A DNA stretch of 64,000 nt from a candidate division FCPU426 bacterium (lineage in GTDB: Bacteria; Oederibacteriota; Muellerivitia; Muellerivitales; Muellerivitaceae), in contig CAVTWJ010000001.1 in the NCBI GenBank assembly GCA_963738405.1, positions 186,142 to 250,141 of the forward strand. The letters are read 5' to 3'. How positions within the stretch are numbered: position 1 is the first letter of the stretch; each line of letters begins with the position of its first letter. The notes below the pieces were generated by a model. It was given only the letters and a program-made list of their open reading frames with translations. It had not been told where the DNA came from and did not search any database. A program made the position numbers and the translations under genes. This document shows positions 18,192 to 28,704 of the stretch, one piece after another.

Positions 18192-19265
18192 TTGAATAAA
18201 ATTTTTCCTAAATACGAAATAGTCCTTGGATTGGTAGTTTTTATTATTTTAAGCCAGGGCTGTTCAAAAAAAAGTCCTACAGGACCTAATGCTAACGTTT
18301 GGTCCGAAACTACGGCACATGCGGCTTGGTCTCCACGTTATGGAATGGGCGGGGCGGTGTTTAACAATGAAATGTGGATCGTTGGTGGCGCGGAGGGCGT
18401 AGCTGGATCTGTTACGAATTATTATGGCGGTGTTTTCAATTCGAGTAATGGAAGTCAGTGGACTCAAAAAGTCGGCGATAGCAATACCGGAGGCTTTGGA
18501 GAAAGATATTCACCAGGTGTATTGTCATTCAATAATTTATTGTGGGTGATTGGTGGAAACCAGAATGGGACTCTAAAAAACGACGTTTGGTCCTCACTCG
18601 ATGGCGTTAATTGGTCCCTTGTCACGGCCAATGGGGGATTTACCCCCCGGGAAGATTTCATTTCGATAGTCTATAACGGCGCAATGTATGTCATCGGCGG
18701 TTGGGATGGTGGACCTGATTCAGATATATGGGTTTCTAACAATGCGGGAAACGTTTGGACAAAAGTGGTACCCGTGGTTAATACAGCGGCAATCCCAGGT
18801 TTTACCTGGGGTTTCCGGGGGCGTTGGGGTTCGGCCGCCACGGTTTTTAATGGATTGATTTGGATATTTGAGGGAGATAATGGAAATCCGAATATAGGCT
18901 CGCTTTCCGGAACCGCCGATGACGACGAATGGACATTTGATGGTGCCAATTTAACGCTGGTCAATGATGTCAGTTTCACTGGGAATGGTTCATCTCCCAT
19001 GGTTTACCACCAGTTAACCGCAAATAATGGATTGTTATGGCTAACCCCTGGAAGCGTGCCGGGGGGAAGTACTTACTATGGATATTACACTTCCTCCGAC
19101 GGCGTTAATTGGGCGGCGCAGAGTTGGTACTACCAACCTCGGTGTGGCCATACGGCACTTTCATTCAATAATCAGGATTGGATCATGGGGGGATACAACA
19201 ATCAGTGCTTGCAGGTCAATAATTGCGCCATAACTTACTACAATGATGTTTGGCATTCCCAATGA
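18192..19265 (+). CDS. lipoprotein with Kelch-like/beta-propeller repeats
   Basis: Lipobox LSQGC; repeats of FNN.(M/L)W(I/V)(V/I)GG..NDVWSS.DG.NW; TTG start. Confidence 0.65.
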   Translation: MNKIFPKYEIVLGLVVFIILSQGCSKKSPTGPNANVWSETTAHAAWSPRYGMGGAVFNNEMWIVGGAEGVAGSVTNYYGGVFNSSNGSQWTQKVGDSNTGGFGERYSPGVLSFNNLLWVIGGNQNGTLKNDVWSSLDGVNWSLVTANGGFTPREDFISIVYNGAMYVIGGWDGGPDSDIWVSNNAGNVWTKVVPVVNTAAIPGFTWGFRGRWGSAATVFNGLIWIFEGDNGNPNIGSLSGTADDDEWTFDGANLTLVNDVSFTGNGSSPMVYHQLTANNGLLWLTPGSVPGGSTYYGYYTSSDGVNWAAQSWYYQPRCGHTALSFNNQDWIMGGYNNQCLQVNNCAITYYNDVWHSQ

Positions 19266-19289
19266 TGGCTCTATGCCGCCGGACAACCC

Positions 19290-19484
19290 ATGATTAAAGT
19301 GACCCGTCTCAACGGACAGGAAGTTTACGTTAATTCGGACCTTATTTTGTTTGTGGAAAAATCTCCTGAAACCATTTTAACCCTGCAAAACGGGAAAAAG
19401 GTCACGATCAAAGAGACCATTCCGGATGTGATCGATAGGGTGGTTCAGTTCAAATCGAGATGTTTTCCTAAAACTGAAAGCTAA
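19290..19484 (+). CDS. flbD: flagellar protein FlbD/SwrD family
   Basis: MIKVTRLNG..VN.DLI..VE..PETILTL.NGKK..KE. Confidence 0.9.
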   Translation: MIKVTRLNGQEVYVNSDLILFVEKSPETILTLQNGKKVTIKETIPDVIDRVVQFKSRCFPKTES

Positions 19485-19730
19485 ATCAGTTCTACGTTTA
19501 CTCCAAATTTTCCAAATTTAACGTTTGAAATAGTTGCGTGATGCCAAAAGTAGGAAGATAATATAAAAAAACGCGGGCAAAACAGCCGAAGTTGGGCTTG
19601 AAACGGTAACAGCGATTATTTAAAGAAGGTCCAAAAGCCGTAAACTTGGTGTTAAATCAGGTGAATTTTTTGTAAAACCCAAGGGCGAAGCCGCCAAAGA
19701 TTTGATCTTTCACCATGGGAGTTTTGAATA

Positions 19731-21362
19731 ATGGTTTTTAAAGGGCGGGTTTTAAAAGGCTTCTTTTTTGGTTTATTCGCCCTTTTTATTCTTTTTCCAG
19801 CCATGCCGGGTTCTTACCATGCCTTTGCCTTATCAGATAGTCCTCAGCAATGGTTTGATCAATTTACCGCTGGCAATCCCGTCACAAACGCCGCTAGTAA
19901 CCCGGTTATCAATAATTGGACTCTTTCTTATACTGGTGGCCAGACCTACAACTTGTCCGTAACGCAGTTTAATAGTTCTGCGGGTGGACCGGTGACATCG
20001 GATGGTTTAATTTCCTATGCTCCTATAACCTCAACCGAACCGCCTTACGAATATGCTGAAATTAGCTCCCCTGCCTTTTCGGGCTGCAGTCCCTGCGCCG
20101 TGACCCTAACTTATAAAGATCCCAGTAATTTGGTCGCAAGTGGGCAGTACATAATGGTTGATGTTCTTACCCTCACTTCGCCAAAGCAATTTCAACTGGT
20201 TGTTACCGGTACCGACGGAACCACAATTGTTTCGTCTTCTAGTGATATTTTGAACAATTGTCTAAATCCTCCTGCGACCATTGCACAAAACACCATTAAT
20301 GACCAGTGGGCGACAGTTTTTATTTCAAATACCCTGTCGGTTCCGGTTTCAACCGTTAGTTTGATTATTCCCAATGGTTCGGCAGGAGATCTGGATCAGA
20401 ATGACGGTGATTTTGTTTATGTAGATGATCTTTTCGACAATGATAAATTATCTTGTCTGGTTCCACCCACCCCCACCTTCACCATGACCGCCACTCCCTC
20501 AAGCACTTTTACGGACACACCCACCGTTACGCCCACTCCTACTGTAACCCTTAGTCCCACTCCGACCTCTTCACCCACAGTCACTCCAACTCATACGCAG
20601 ACCTCTACTCCCTCAAGTACGCCGACAGTCACTAGCACCTTTACCCAAACGTCCACCCCAACCCCGACGGTATCGCCCACCCCAACCTCTTCTCCAACCG
20701 TCACTCCGACTATCACCGCGACTTCGACTTTGACTTCCACCTTAACGGCAACCGGCACCCCCACTCCCACCAATTCACCTCCACCACCCTTTACGGCAAC
20801 TAATACTGGAACATCCACACCATCTCCGACACCTGCCAATACCGGGACGCCTTCTTACACACCCACGCCTTCAAATACTCCGAGTCCGACATCATCTCCG
20901 ACCCCGTCGTGGACCTTAACCCCTTCTTTCTCGCCCACACCTTCTTTGACGCCGACGGTCACCACGACTCCAACCATTACCAACACGCCGCTTCCAACGG
21001 CGACCTATACCAATACGCCCTGTCCGGTGGATGTTTACCCCAACCCTATGGATTTCCAGCACAATCCGGCCTTCAACAATAATTGCCCCTCCTCAAGCCC
21101 CTGCATCAAATTTAGTTGCATACCTCCCACCTCCACCTTGAGTATTTACACCGTTTCTCTGGCCTTGGTGAGAACTTTCGGTCCGAACTACGATTCCAAT
21201 TATGTTTTCATTCCCAGCACGGGAACAGGATTGATCACCTGGGATGGCAATAATGGAGATGGGAACCCGGTAGCTTCTGGTTTTTATCTTTACAAGATTG
21301 AAGGTCCCAACGGCAGAACCTTTGGAAAATTCGCTATTTCTCGATCCTCGAACGGGCCCTAA
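19731..21362 (+). CDS. secreted protein with Thr-Pro linker and T9SS-CTD-like C-terminus
   Basis: Signal peptide; ~185 aa T/P/S repeat; [42 protein letters not shown]. Confidence 0.75.
   Translation: MVFKGRVLKGFFFGLFALFILFPAMPGSYHAFALSDSPQQWFDQFTAGNPVTNAASNPVINNWTLSYTGGQTYNLSVTQFNSSAGGPVTSDGLISYAPITSTEPPYEYAEISSPAFSGCSPCAVTLTYKDPSNLVASGQYIMVDVLTLTSPKQFQLVVTGTDGTTIVSSSSDILNNCLNPPATIAQNTINDQWATVFISNTLSVPVSTVSLIIPNGSAGDLDQNDGDFVYVDDLFDNDKLSCLVPPTPTFTMTATPSSTFTDTPTVTPTPTVTLSPTPTSSPTVTPTHTQTSTPSSTPTVTSTFTQTSTPTPTVSPTPTSSPTVTPTITATSTLTSTLTATGTPTPTNSPPPPFTATNTGTSTPSPTPANTGTPSYTPTPSNTPSPTSSPTPSWTLTPSFSPTPSLTPTVTTTPTITNTPLPTATYTNTPCPVDVYPNPMDFQHNPAFNNNCPSSSPCIKFSCIPPTSTLSIYTVSLALVRTFGPNYDSNYVFIPSTGTGLITWDGNNGDGNPVASGFYLYKIEGPNGRTFGKFAISRSSNGP
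20462..21020 (+). repeat. Thr-Pro/Ser low-complexity repeat (coding)
   Basis: Degenerate TPT/TVTP/SSPT repeats with varied codons. Confidence 0.85.
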
Positions 21363-21365
21363 ACC

Positions 21366-22334
21366 ATGTCCTCTTTCAAATTTCTATTGTTGGTTATTGT
21401 CTGCGTGTTTTTCTTTTCAAATAAACCAGCAGATGCTCAGTCAACTTCTAATGGCGGCCGGGACGCTTTCGACTTCATCAATCTTTCACCTATTTCCAGG
21501 GCGGTCGGCGTAGGGGAAGCCTATTCTGCACTGGGGGATGATGTGGGTTCGGTTTATTACAATCCGGCGGGGTTGGCGAGTGTTTTGACAAACGAAATGA
21601 ACATAACTTATCTTTCCCTTTACCAACAAATGAATTACGAGTTCATCGCCTTTGCGACCCCGATTCAACCCGCCTTTCCATCTCTAGGCGGTGTGGTTGC
21701 TATTAGTGCGGGACTTCTTCAGCCTGGAAGCATGAATCGAACAAACGATCAGGGTGTTACCACCGGGACTTTTTCCAGTGGAGATGAGGTATTCACGCTG
21801 GCCTATGCGAAGGATATCAGCCCTTCTTTTCATGTGGGAGCGTCGTTAAAGTTATTGAACCAACAAATTGATACGGTTCAAACTTCTCTCTTTGCCGTGG
21901 ACGCAGGCTTGGTCATGATTCCTCCCTTTCAGGGAATGCGGGCCGGGGTGGTATTTAAAAACATTGGAGCTCAGGATTCTGGGTTCAATCTGCCATTTAC
22001 GCTCTCGGGTGGGCTTTCATACCGGCAATACGAACTTTTTGCCGATCAAGACGATGGAGCGATAACGGGTGAAGTGTCCTTTCCGATTGAACCGATCGAG
22101 AATCCCATTGGGGCCGCAATAGGCATCGAATATAACTATAAATGGGTTGGAAACAGGGCTACGGTGCGGGCTGGGTATAAATATCAGAATAATGGATTGG
22201 GCGGGGAAGGGCTAACCTTGGGTGCGGGTTATGGTTTGGACCTAGCTGGTGCGGTACTGTTTTTAGATTATGCCTATGCCCCCGCGGATTTATTTGGAGA
22301 TACTAACCGTATATCCCTGACGACTAAATTTTGA
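21366..22334 (+). CDS. PorV/PorQ-family outer-membrane barrel
   Basis: FINLSPISRAVGVGEAY..DVGSVYYNPAGL; ends NRISLTTKF. Confidence 0.8.
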   Translation: MSSFKFLLLVIVCVFFFSNKPADAQSTSNGGRDAFDFINLSPISRAVGVGEAYSALGDDVGSVYYNPAGLASVLTNEMNITYLSLYQQMNYEFIAFATPIQPAFPSLGGVVAISAGLLQPGSMNRTNDQGVTTGTFSSGDEVFTLAYAKDISPSFHVGASLKLLNQQIDTVQTSLFAVDAGLVMIPPFQGMRAGVVFKNIGAQDSGFNLPFTLSGGLSYRQYELFADQDDGAITGEVSFPIEPIENPIGAAIGIEYNYKWVGNRATVRAGYKYQNNGLGGEGLTLGAGYGLDLAGAVLFLDYAYAPADLFGDTNRISLTTKF

Positions 22335-22345
22335 GGCGCTTTTAT

Positions 22346-23341
22346 ATGATTAAGAATTTTTCTCCTTTGCCGAGGGTTGCTGCACTTTTGATTTGTTCGA
22401 TCTCGGGATTCCTTTTTTATTCCGCCCTAACCCCGGTGTTGGCTCAATCTGTGGGAACTACGACGGCCGATATTCTCAAAATCAATTCAGGCGCAAGGCC
22501 TGCTGCCATGGCAGGGGTTTACACCGCTCTAGGGGATGATGCCTATGCGGTTCAATATAACCCGGCGGGAATCGCCAAAATTCAGGCCAGTCAGGCCATC
22601 TTTACCCACTTGGATAGCTTGGCCGATATTTCTTACGAATATTTCATTTTCGCAACAGCCGTCGGGACCGACGGGGCCTTAGCCGCTGCCTTTACTTACC
22701 GTTACATGCCTCCCATTGACAACCAAAACGGGAATCCTCCGGCTAATTCCAATGACCTGTTAGGAGCTTTAAGTTATGGCCGAAAATTAGGAGATAACAT
22801 TCGCGCGGGGTTGACCTTGAAATACCTTCAATCCACTTTGGCGCAATATTCCGCGGGCGCTGTCATGGGAGATATCGGGCTCCAACTTGACCGGTTGCCC
22901 TTTGGACTCAAAGCGGGGTTGGCAGTGCAAAATATCGGCCCTGGAATGACCTTCAATCCCGCCTCGTCCCCCGACCCGCTTCCAATGTTCATTCGATTTG
23001 GCCTTGGGATCCATCAGGTTTTTGAGGGCCAAAGGGATTTTAACGCCGCTCTTGAGGTGTTCAAACCTTCCGACCAGGATATCAAATTAGAAATAGGCGG
23101 GGAGGGGTGGCTTTTCCCAAATCTATTTGTGGTTAGGGCGGGGTACCGAATGGAAAGTTTGAGCTCAACCACGGGCAACGTTTTCAATAACTATACTTTG
23201 GGATGTTCCTTGGTTCAGCAATGGGATGAGAATGATTTCTCGCTCGACATCGCCTATGACCCGGCTAATTTCGGATCAACTTCCCAGGATACTTTCTTTT
23301 TTGGATTGAACGTAAAGTTCAACCAATTGCGACTCTTGTAG
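22346..23341 (+). CDS. PorV/PorQ-family outer-membrane barrel
   Basis: LKINSGARPAAMAGVY..DAYAVQYNPAGI; barrel strands; start uncertain (22331 or 22346). Confidence 0.8.
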   Translation: MIKNFSPLPRVAALLICSISGFLFYSALTPVLAQSVGTTTADILKINSGARPAAMAGVYTALGDDAYAVQYNPAGIAKIQASQAIFTHLDSLADISYEYFIFATAVGTDGALAAAFTYRYMPPIDNQNGNPPANSNDLLGALSYGRKLGDNIRAGLTLKYLQSTLAQYSAGAVMGDIGLQLDRLPFGLKAGLAVQNIGPGMTFNPASSPDPLPMFIRFGLGIHQVFEGQRDFNAALEVFKPSDQDIKLEIGGEGWLFPNLFVVRAGYRMESLSSTTGNVFNNYTLGCSLVQQWDENDFSLDIAYDPANFGSTSQDTFFFGLNVKFNQLRLL

Positions 23342-23433
23342 ATAACCCAAACAAGAATTCTTTCTTCAATTGACAAGCCCTACGCCTCCTGATAATGTTC
23401 AGGGCTGTTTTTATTTTGTCCTTGGCCCTTGCC

Positions 23434-23509
<76 letters not shown>

Positions 23510-23613
23510 TTTTTGAAATTGGGTTAGGCCCTTACCCGCCCTTATTTTTAAAAGTAATGGGATCTTGATTTAGAAATAAATTTTTAAAAAACCTATTCAA
23601 AGCGAGCAAACCT

Positions 23614-25023
23614 TTGGAACGATCTGATTTGGTTCCAACGTCCATTCTTAAGCTCTGCGATATTCGCGGCCAATATCCAAAGCCTTTAGGCAAACCCCAG
23701 GCTACTGCGGTGGGTCTTGGCATCGGGACTTTTCTTAAAGAATCTAAGAATCGAAATATTAAGGTTGTGGTCGGCGGGGACATCCGCACCTCGACTGAAA
23801 CTTTGAAAAAAAGCCTGCTTCAGGGGCTGGAGGAATCCGGCCTCAAAATTGTGGATGCGGGCCTGGTTTCCACGCCTTTGTTGTGTTTTGCCACCGGGTT
23901 TGCTTCCGCCGCAGCAGGAATCATGGTCACGGCTTCCCATAACCCTCCGGATTATAACGGGTTTAAGTTTTTCACGAATGGGGAGCCTGCCTCCGCAGCC
24001 TGGATTCATCAACTCTATCAAGTGCTTGAAAAGGGGGTTTTTCGAAAAGGAGCTGGAATAACTGAAAAGAAAGATTTTTATCCCGATTACCGTAATCGAC
24101 TTGTCCGGCAAATCGCCGCCAATTTCCAAGGAACGAAAATAGTCATTGATCCCGGAAATGGCATGGCGGCCCTAACGGCTCCTCCGGTGTTTCAAACCCT
24201 TGGCTTTGAGGTAGAAACAGTCAATGGAACCTTGGATGGAGCTTACCCGGGAAGAGGCGCGGATAGTTCGGATCCCAAAGGGTTGGAAATTTTAGGACGT
24301 CGGGTCTTGAAATCCCGCGCTTCGCTTGGAGTGGCCTTTGACGGAGATGCGGACAGGGCCAGCTTTGTGGACGAACGGGGGAAGGAAGTCCCAAATGAAA
24401 TCATTTTGGGACTTTTGGCTGGGGAATCCCTAAACCGCCAGCCGGGTTTTAAGGTGGTCTATGACGGGAAATGCTCCGATAGTTTGGACAAAATGATCCG
24501 TTCCAAAGGCGGGGTGCCTCTTTTGGAAAGATCCGGTCATACCTTTATTTACGATCGGTTTAAGCTGGAAAAGGCGATTATGGCAGGTGAGGCCAGCGGC
24601 CATTTTTTCCTTCAGGGACCTTTTCCAGGTGACGCTCTTTACGCCTGCTTGGCACTTCTAAAGACGCTTAAAAACCAAGGTAAGACACTTTCCCAGGCCA
24701 TTCCCGATTTACCACACAGGCTTTCAACCCACGATGTGAAATTGCCGATGGATACTGTTCGTGCCCAGGTGGTCTTTGAAGGATTGAAATCAAAGGCCAT
24801 GATGATGGGGGGAGAGGTTTCCGGGTTTGACGGCGTGCGCGCTGTTTTTAAGGAAGGGTGGGGAATTGTTCGTTTATCCGTAACGGAACCTGTTCTTTCC
24901 TGCAGGTTGGAGGCCGAAAGCAAGTCGAAATTAAAGGGTATTGCGGGAGAATGGCTGGAGAGTTTTCCGGAAATTCTTGCTCCAATGGTTGAGAGGATAT
25001 CTTCTATTCACGATCAAGACTGA
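23614..25023 (+). CDS. phosphomannomutase/phosphoglucomutase
   Basis: DIRG, TASHNPPDYNGFK, FDGDADR, GEASGH; start uncertain. Confidence 0.92.
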   Translation: MERSDLVPTSILKLCDIRGQYPKPLGKPQATAVGLGIGTFLKESKNRNIKVVVGGDIRTSTETLKKSLLQGLEESGLKIVDAGLVSTPLLCFATGFASAAAGIMVTASHNPPDYNGFKFFTNGEPASAAWIHQLYQVLEKGVFRKGAGITEKKDFYPDYRNRLVRQIAANFQGTKIVIDPGNGMAALTAPPVFQTLGFEVETVNGTLDGAYPGRGADSSDPKGLEILGRRVLKSRASLGVAFDGDADRASFVDERGKEVPNEIILGLLAGESLNRQPGFKVVYDGKCSDSLDKMIRSKGGVPLLERSGHTFIYDRFKLEKAIMAGEASGHFFLQGPFPGDALYACLALLKTLKNQGKTLSQAIPDLPHRLSTHDVKLPMDTVRAQVVFEGLKSKAMMMGGEVSGFDGVRAVFKEGWGIVRLSVTEPVLSCRLEAESKSKLKGIAGEWLESFPEILAPMVERISSIHDQD

Positions 25024-25033
25024 AAGGTTTTCC

Positions 25034-25453
25034 GTGCTTTATTGTCTTTTTGTTGGAGGTTTTAAAGATCCTCGATTGGAAGCCCTGACCGAGGAGCTAC
25101 ATCAACGTCTGAACCGTCTTTGGCCCGTTACAAAGGTCGTTCTCAAGGAACAATCCAGAGATATTCAAAAATGGATTGATCAGCACAATGGAAGAGGCGT
25201 GTTTTTATCCTTGGATCCGGCCGGAAAAACCATGGATTCACTGGAATTTGCCCATTGGGTAACCCGAAGTTCTCAAGACCTGTATTTTTTTGCCTGGGGT
25301 GCTCGGGGACCCTTAGAGGGTGTAGATCTTCCAATCCATCGGAAAATAAGCCTTTCTTCGATGACTTTTTCCCACGAGCTGGCACGTGTTATTTTTTTTG
25401 AACAGCTTTACCGTTCGGGGGCAATCTTAAAGGGGCATCCCTATCCCAAGTAA
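25034..25453 (+). CDS. rlmH: 23S rRNA pseudouridine methyltransferase RlmH (SPOUT)
   Basis: LDPAGK..S.EFA, ISLSSMTFSHELARVIFFEQLYR..GHPYPK; GTG start after GAAAGG. Confidence 0.88.
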   Translation: MLYCLFVGGFKDPRLEALTEELHQRLNRLWPVTKVVLKEQSRDIQKWIDQHNGRGVFLSLDPAGKTMDSLEFAHWVTRSSQDLYFFAWGARGPLEGVDLPIHRKISLSSMTFSHELARVIFFEQLYRSGAILKGHPYPK

Positions 25454-25584
25454 TCAGTCGTCGGAGCGTTGCTTTAAAAATACTGTATGTGATGGAAACC
25501 GGCTGAAGCATCTAACCGTCTAACCATTAGTGCGAAGATGCTCTGTGATTAGATTCGAGCTTTAACAATGTTTTGGAGGAAATC

Positions 25585-26412
25585 ATGAGAAAGCCAAAAC
25601 GGATGCGTGGATACCTTGTGGGGCTCCTAGCCATTGCTTTTGCGGGGGCTTACCCCTCGAAGGGACTTCCCCAAAGTGAGGGGGTTAACGAGCAGGCTGA
25701 ATATATTATCGAAGATATTCAAGGATCCGACGTCCAAGTTTTGGAGGATGGGAGTCAGAACTGGGAAAAGGCTCAAGAAGGCCAAGAAGTGGAATCAGGA
25801 GACCAGGTCAAAACCGGGGATAATAGTCAGGCCAACCTTATGCTGGAATCAGAAACAACTGTTCATCTGGATTCCAATAGCACGATCAAAGTGGATCAGG
25901 TTACATCCAACGAAAACGGTGGGTTTTTAAGCCGATTAGATATGCTGGCTGGAAATCTTTTGGCGGATGTTAAGAAAAATCTTCAAGAAAGTAATTCCAC
26001 ATTTGAAGTGGACGCCAATGGGGTTGTTTGCGGAGTTCGAGGAACCGCCTTTGAAGTGGGTTTTAACGGGGGCGAGATACAGACCTCTACCCACGAGGGT
26101 AAAGTCGAGGTGGTGGATCGGGATCATCAATCGCATTTCGTGGAAGCGGGCAATGCCTCCACGTTTAACAACGGTCACTTTCGTCTCGAACGACGGCTGG
26201 AGCGAAAGGAAATGGACCGGTTTCAACAGTGGCGCCAATATCGTAAGCAAATCTTCGTGAAAAGGCTCCGGAGGTTGAAGGATATCGTCGAACATCGGCG
26301 CATGATGTGGAAGCGTCACACTCCTCATCCGGGCAATCGCCCAGGAGTTCGGTTCGGACGGGAAAAAAGGCAATTAAAGAGACAACGTATGGAGCGGAGG
26401 AATCAGCCTTAA
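25585..26412 (+). CDS. FecR-domain exported protein with Arg-rich C-terminus
   Basis: Signal-like N-terminus, GDQVKTG..FEV..VCGVRGTAFEV..EGKVEV; SD GGAGGA. Confidence 0.78.
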   Translation: MRKPKRMRGYLVGLLAIAFAGAYPSKGLPQSEGVNEQAEYIIEDIQGSDVQVLEDGSQNWEKAQEGQEVESGDQVKTGDNSQANLMLESETTVHLDSNSTIKVDQVTSNENGGFLSRLDMLAGNLLADVKKNLQESNSTFEVDANGVVCGVRGTAFEVGFNGGEIQTSTHEGKVEVVDRDHQSHFVEAGNASTFNNGHFRLERRLERKEMDRFQQWRQYRKQIFVKRLRRLKDIVEHRRMMWKRHTPHPGNRPGVRFGREKRQLKRQRMERRNQP

Positions 26413-26450
26413 TAAATGGAAAGGCTGGTTTTATGGACAACAACTTGGGT

Positions 26451-26493
26451 AGAATCAAAAAAGAGAGGAGAGACACCTCTCTTTTTTGATTCT
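26451..26493. terminator. 18-bp perfect inverted repeat, probable bidirectional terminator
   Basis: agaatcaaaaaagagagg-agagaca-cctctcttttttgattct. Confidence 0.65.
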
Positions 26494-26510
26494 GGGGGGT
26501 CGAAAATATA

Positions 26511-28595
26511 ATGGATATTGCCTCAAGACTTGCGGCCTCTCTCCCTCCCGGCACCATTGAAAATCGTCCCCAACAAAACCGCATGGCCCAAGCCGTGGCA
26601 GATCTTCTGCAGCAGGGCGGCAATCTGATGGTGGAAGCAGGAACCGGGGTGGGAAAAAGCTTCGCCTATCTGTTGCCGGCCCTTGAATATGCTTTAAAAG
26701 AAGGCGGGCCTGTCGTTGTGTCGACCCATACCCTTACCCTTCAAGAACAATTGTTCCAAAAAGACCTGCCTATCGTGGTGGCTGCGCTTCAGGCGGAGGG
26801 ATTGGGGCCTGTCCGGGCGGTTTTGCTTAAAGGGAGAGGAAATTATCTTTCTAAACGGCGGTTGGGTTTGGCTTTGGAAGGCGGCCGGCAAACCGACATT
26901 TTGGGCGAAGCAGATACCCTTTTTAAAATCCAGGAATGGTCCGCAACTTCCTGGGAAGGAACCCTTTCGGCGGCCCCCTTTTCAATTCAAAGCGATATTT
27001 GGAACGAGATCAAAAGCGATCCCTATCATTGCCTGGGCCCCAAGTGCGCTACCTTTGACACCTGTTTTTACCATTCAACGCGCAAAAAAGCCTACCAAGC
27101 CCACCTGATTCTAGTGAATCATGCGTTGTTACTCGCGGATCTGGCTTTAAAGATGGAATCAGAACAAGGGGTCCTGCCTCCCTACCAGGCCCTCATTGTG
27201 GATGAGGCACATCATTTGCCTGCCCTGGCGGCGGAGCATTTGGCGACTTCCGTGAGTCAGTCGGAATGCAACGGATTAGTCCGACGGCTTCTTTTTACGG
27301 ATGAGAAGGCACCGGGTGGAAAGGGTCTTTTTGCCGCCATACCTACGGCTGGTGCCGGGGAGGCCGTGGCGGATTTCAAAATGGGGATACAAGAGTTTTT
27401 TAGCAAGTTGGGGAAGCATTTGGAAGTTGGAGGGGGGGGTGTTAAAGCGGTCCGGATGCCGAATCCTCCACCCGAAATAAGTGTACTCGCAAGACCTTTG
27501 GGACGTTTGGAATCCCTTTTAGGGGACGCCGCTGAAACCGCTCCTTCCGAAGAATTGGGGATGGAGGCCAAGGGAACTCGCGAAGAATGCCGCGAAATGG
27601 TCCGGCGCCTTTCCTATATTTTAGAAAGGGGCTGGGGGGAAGAAGCCTGCTACTTGATAGAGCCTGATACCCACGCATACAAAAAAGGGGAGATGAGGGC
27701 TTCGTCGATTAGGGCGGTCCCTTTGGATTCTTCCGAACTTCTTAAAGAACACCTGCTTTCCTCTGTCAAAGCGGCGGTCTTCACCAGTGCCACCTTATCC
27801 GTTGGCGATGATTTTTCCTATTTCCGTCATGCTCTTGGACTGGATGGAGATGAAAACAGAGTGAAGGCCCTGCGGGTTGGGTCGCCGTTTGATTTCAGGC
27901 GCCAGGTCACCATGTTCCTTCCGCGTTCCATGCCGCATCCACGTAGGGAGGAGGCGCGGTTCAATCTTGAAGTCATAGAATATGTCCGCGCATCCCTTAA
28001 ACAATCTCATGGAAAAGCCTTTGTTCTTTTTACTAGTTTCAAGATGTTGCGGCAGGTGGCGGAGGCCATCCGGGCGGATTTGGACCGTTTGGGTATTACT
28101 CTTTTGGTCCAGGGTGAGGAAGGATGGGACCGCACCCGTCTCTTGAAGGTTTTTCGGGAAGATATCCATTCCGTTCTGTTGGGGGTCAACAGTTTTTGGG
28201 AGGGGGTGGATGTGCCGGGCGAATCCCTTTCCAACCTCATCATCACCAAGCTTCCATTTCAAGTTCCGGAAGGCCCCCTGGTGGAGGCTAGACATTCCCG
28301 AATGAAGGAGGAGGGTTTAGAACCCTTTCAAGTGGAAAGCCTTCCCGAAGCGGTTTTAAGACTTAAACAAGGTTTTGGGCGATTGATTCGAAGTTCTACC
28401 GATGTGGGAACGGTCACCCTATTGGATCCCAGGGTCACCACCGAAAGATGGGGAAGGATTTTTCTCGATTCCTTGCCGGATTGTGAGAAGGTTTTTCTTT
28501 CAAAACCAGGGCAAGTTGAGAATTCACTTACGTCATCTAAAAATGCTTCGGTTAAAGTCCCCAAACGGGCTTCAAAACCTCGTTCGGGGGGGTAA
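26511..28595 (+). CDS. dinG: DinG/YoaA-family helicase (Fe-S type)
   Basis: EAGTGVGKS, LKGRGNY, C..C..C cluster, DEAH, SATL, FWEGVD, QGFGRLIR. Confidence 0.9.
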   Translation: MDIASRLAASLPPGTIENRPQQNRMAQAVADLLQQGGNLMVEAGTGVGKSFAYLLPALEYALKEGGPVVVSTHTLTLQEQLFQKDLPIVVAALQAEGLGPVRAVLLKGRGNYLSKRRLGLALEGGRQTDILGEADTLFKIQEWSATSWEGTLSAAPFSIQSDIWNEIKSDPYHCLGPKCATFDTCFYHSTRKKAYQAHLILVNHALLLADLALKMESEQGVLPPYQALIVDEAHHLPALAAEHLATSVSQSECNGLVRRLLFTDEKAPGGKGLFAAIPTAGAGEAVADFKMGIQEFFSKLGKHLEVGGGGVKAVRMPNPPPEISVLARPLGRLESLLGDAAETAPSEELGMEAKGTREECREMVRRLSYILERGWGEEACYLIEPDTHAYKKGEMRASSIRAVPLDSSELLKEHLLSSVKAAVFTSATLSVGDDFSYFRHALGLDGDENRVKALRVGSPFDFRRQVTMFLPRSMPHPRREEARFNLEVIEYVRASLKQSHGKAFVLFTSFKMLRQVAEAIRADLDRLGITLLVQGEEGWDRTRLLKVFREDIHSVLLGVNSFWEGVDVPGESLSNLIITKLPFQVPEGPLVEARHSRMKEEGLEPFQVESLPEAVLRLKQGFGRLIRSSTDVGTVTLLDPRVTTERWGRIFLDSLPDCEKVFLSKPGQVENSLTSSKNASVKVPKRASKPRSGG

Positions 28596-28704
28596 CCTAT
28601 GGGGTTTCTGAAATTGGCCGGTTACACCAACTTCTCCCTTTCCAGCCCTTTGGATCAATCCTTTCATTGTTGAACCGACTTCGATTGAGGGTAAAATAAA
28701 CTCC

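Noticed and set aside
19575..19640. GGGCAAAAC..GAA segment resembling the start of a c-di-GMP-I riboswitch
   Set aside because: Lacks the GACGCAAA junction and a convincing second stem.
20462..21020. Periodic DNA here and at ~39730-40025 as a CRISPR-like or VNTR array
   Set aside because: The periodicity is explained by Thr-Pro coding with variable codons; there is no constant repeat-spacer structure.
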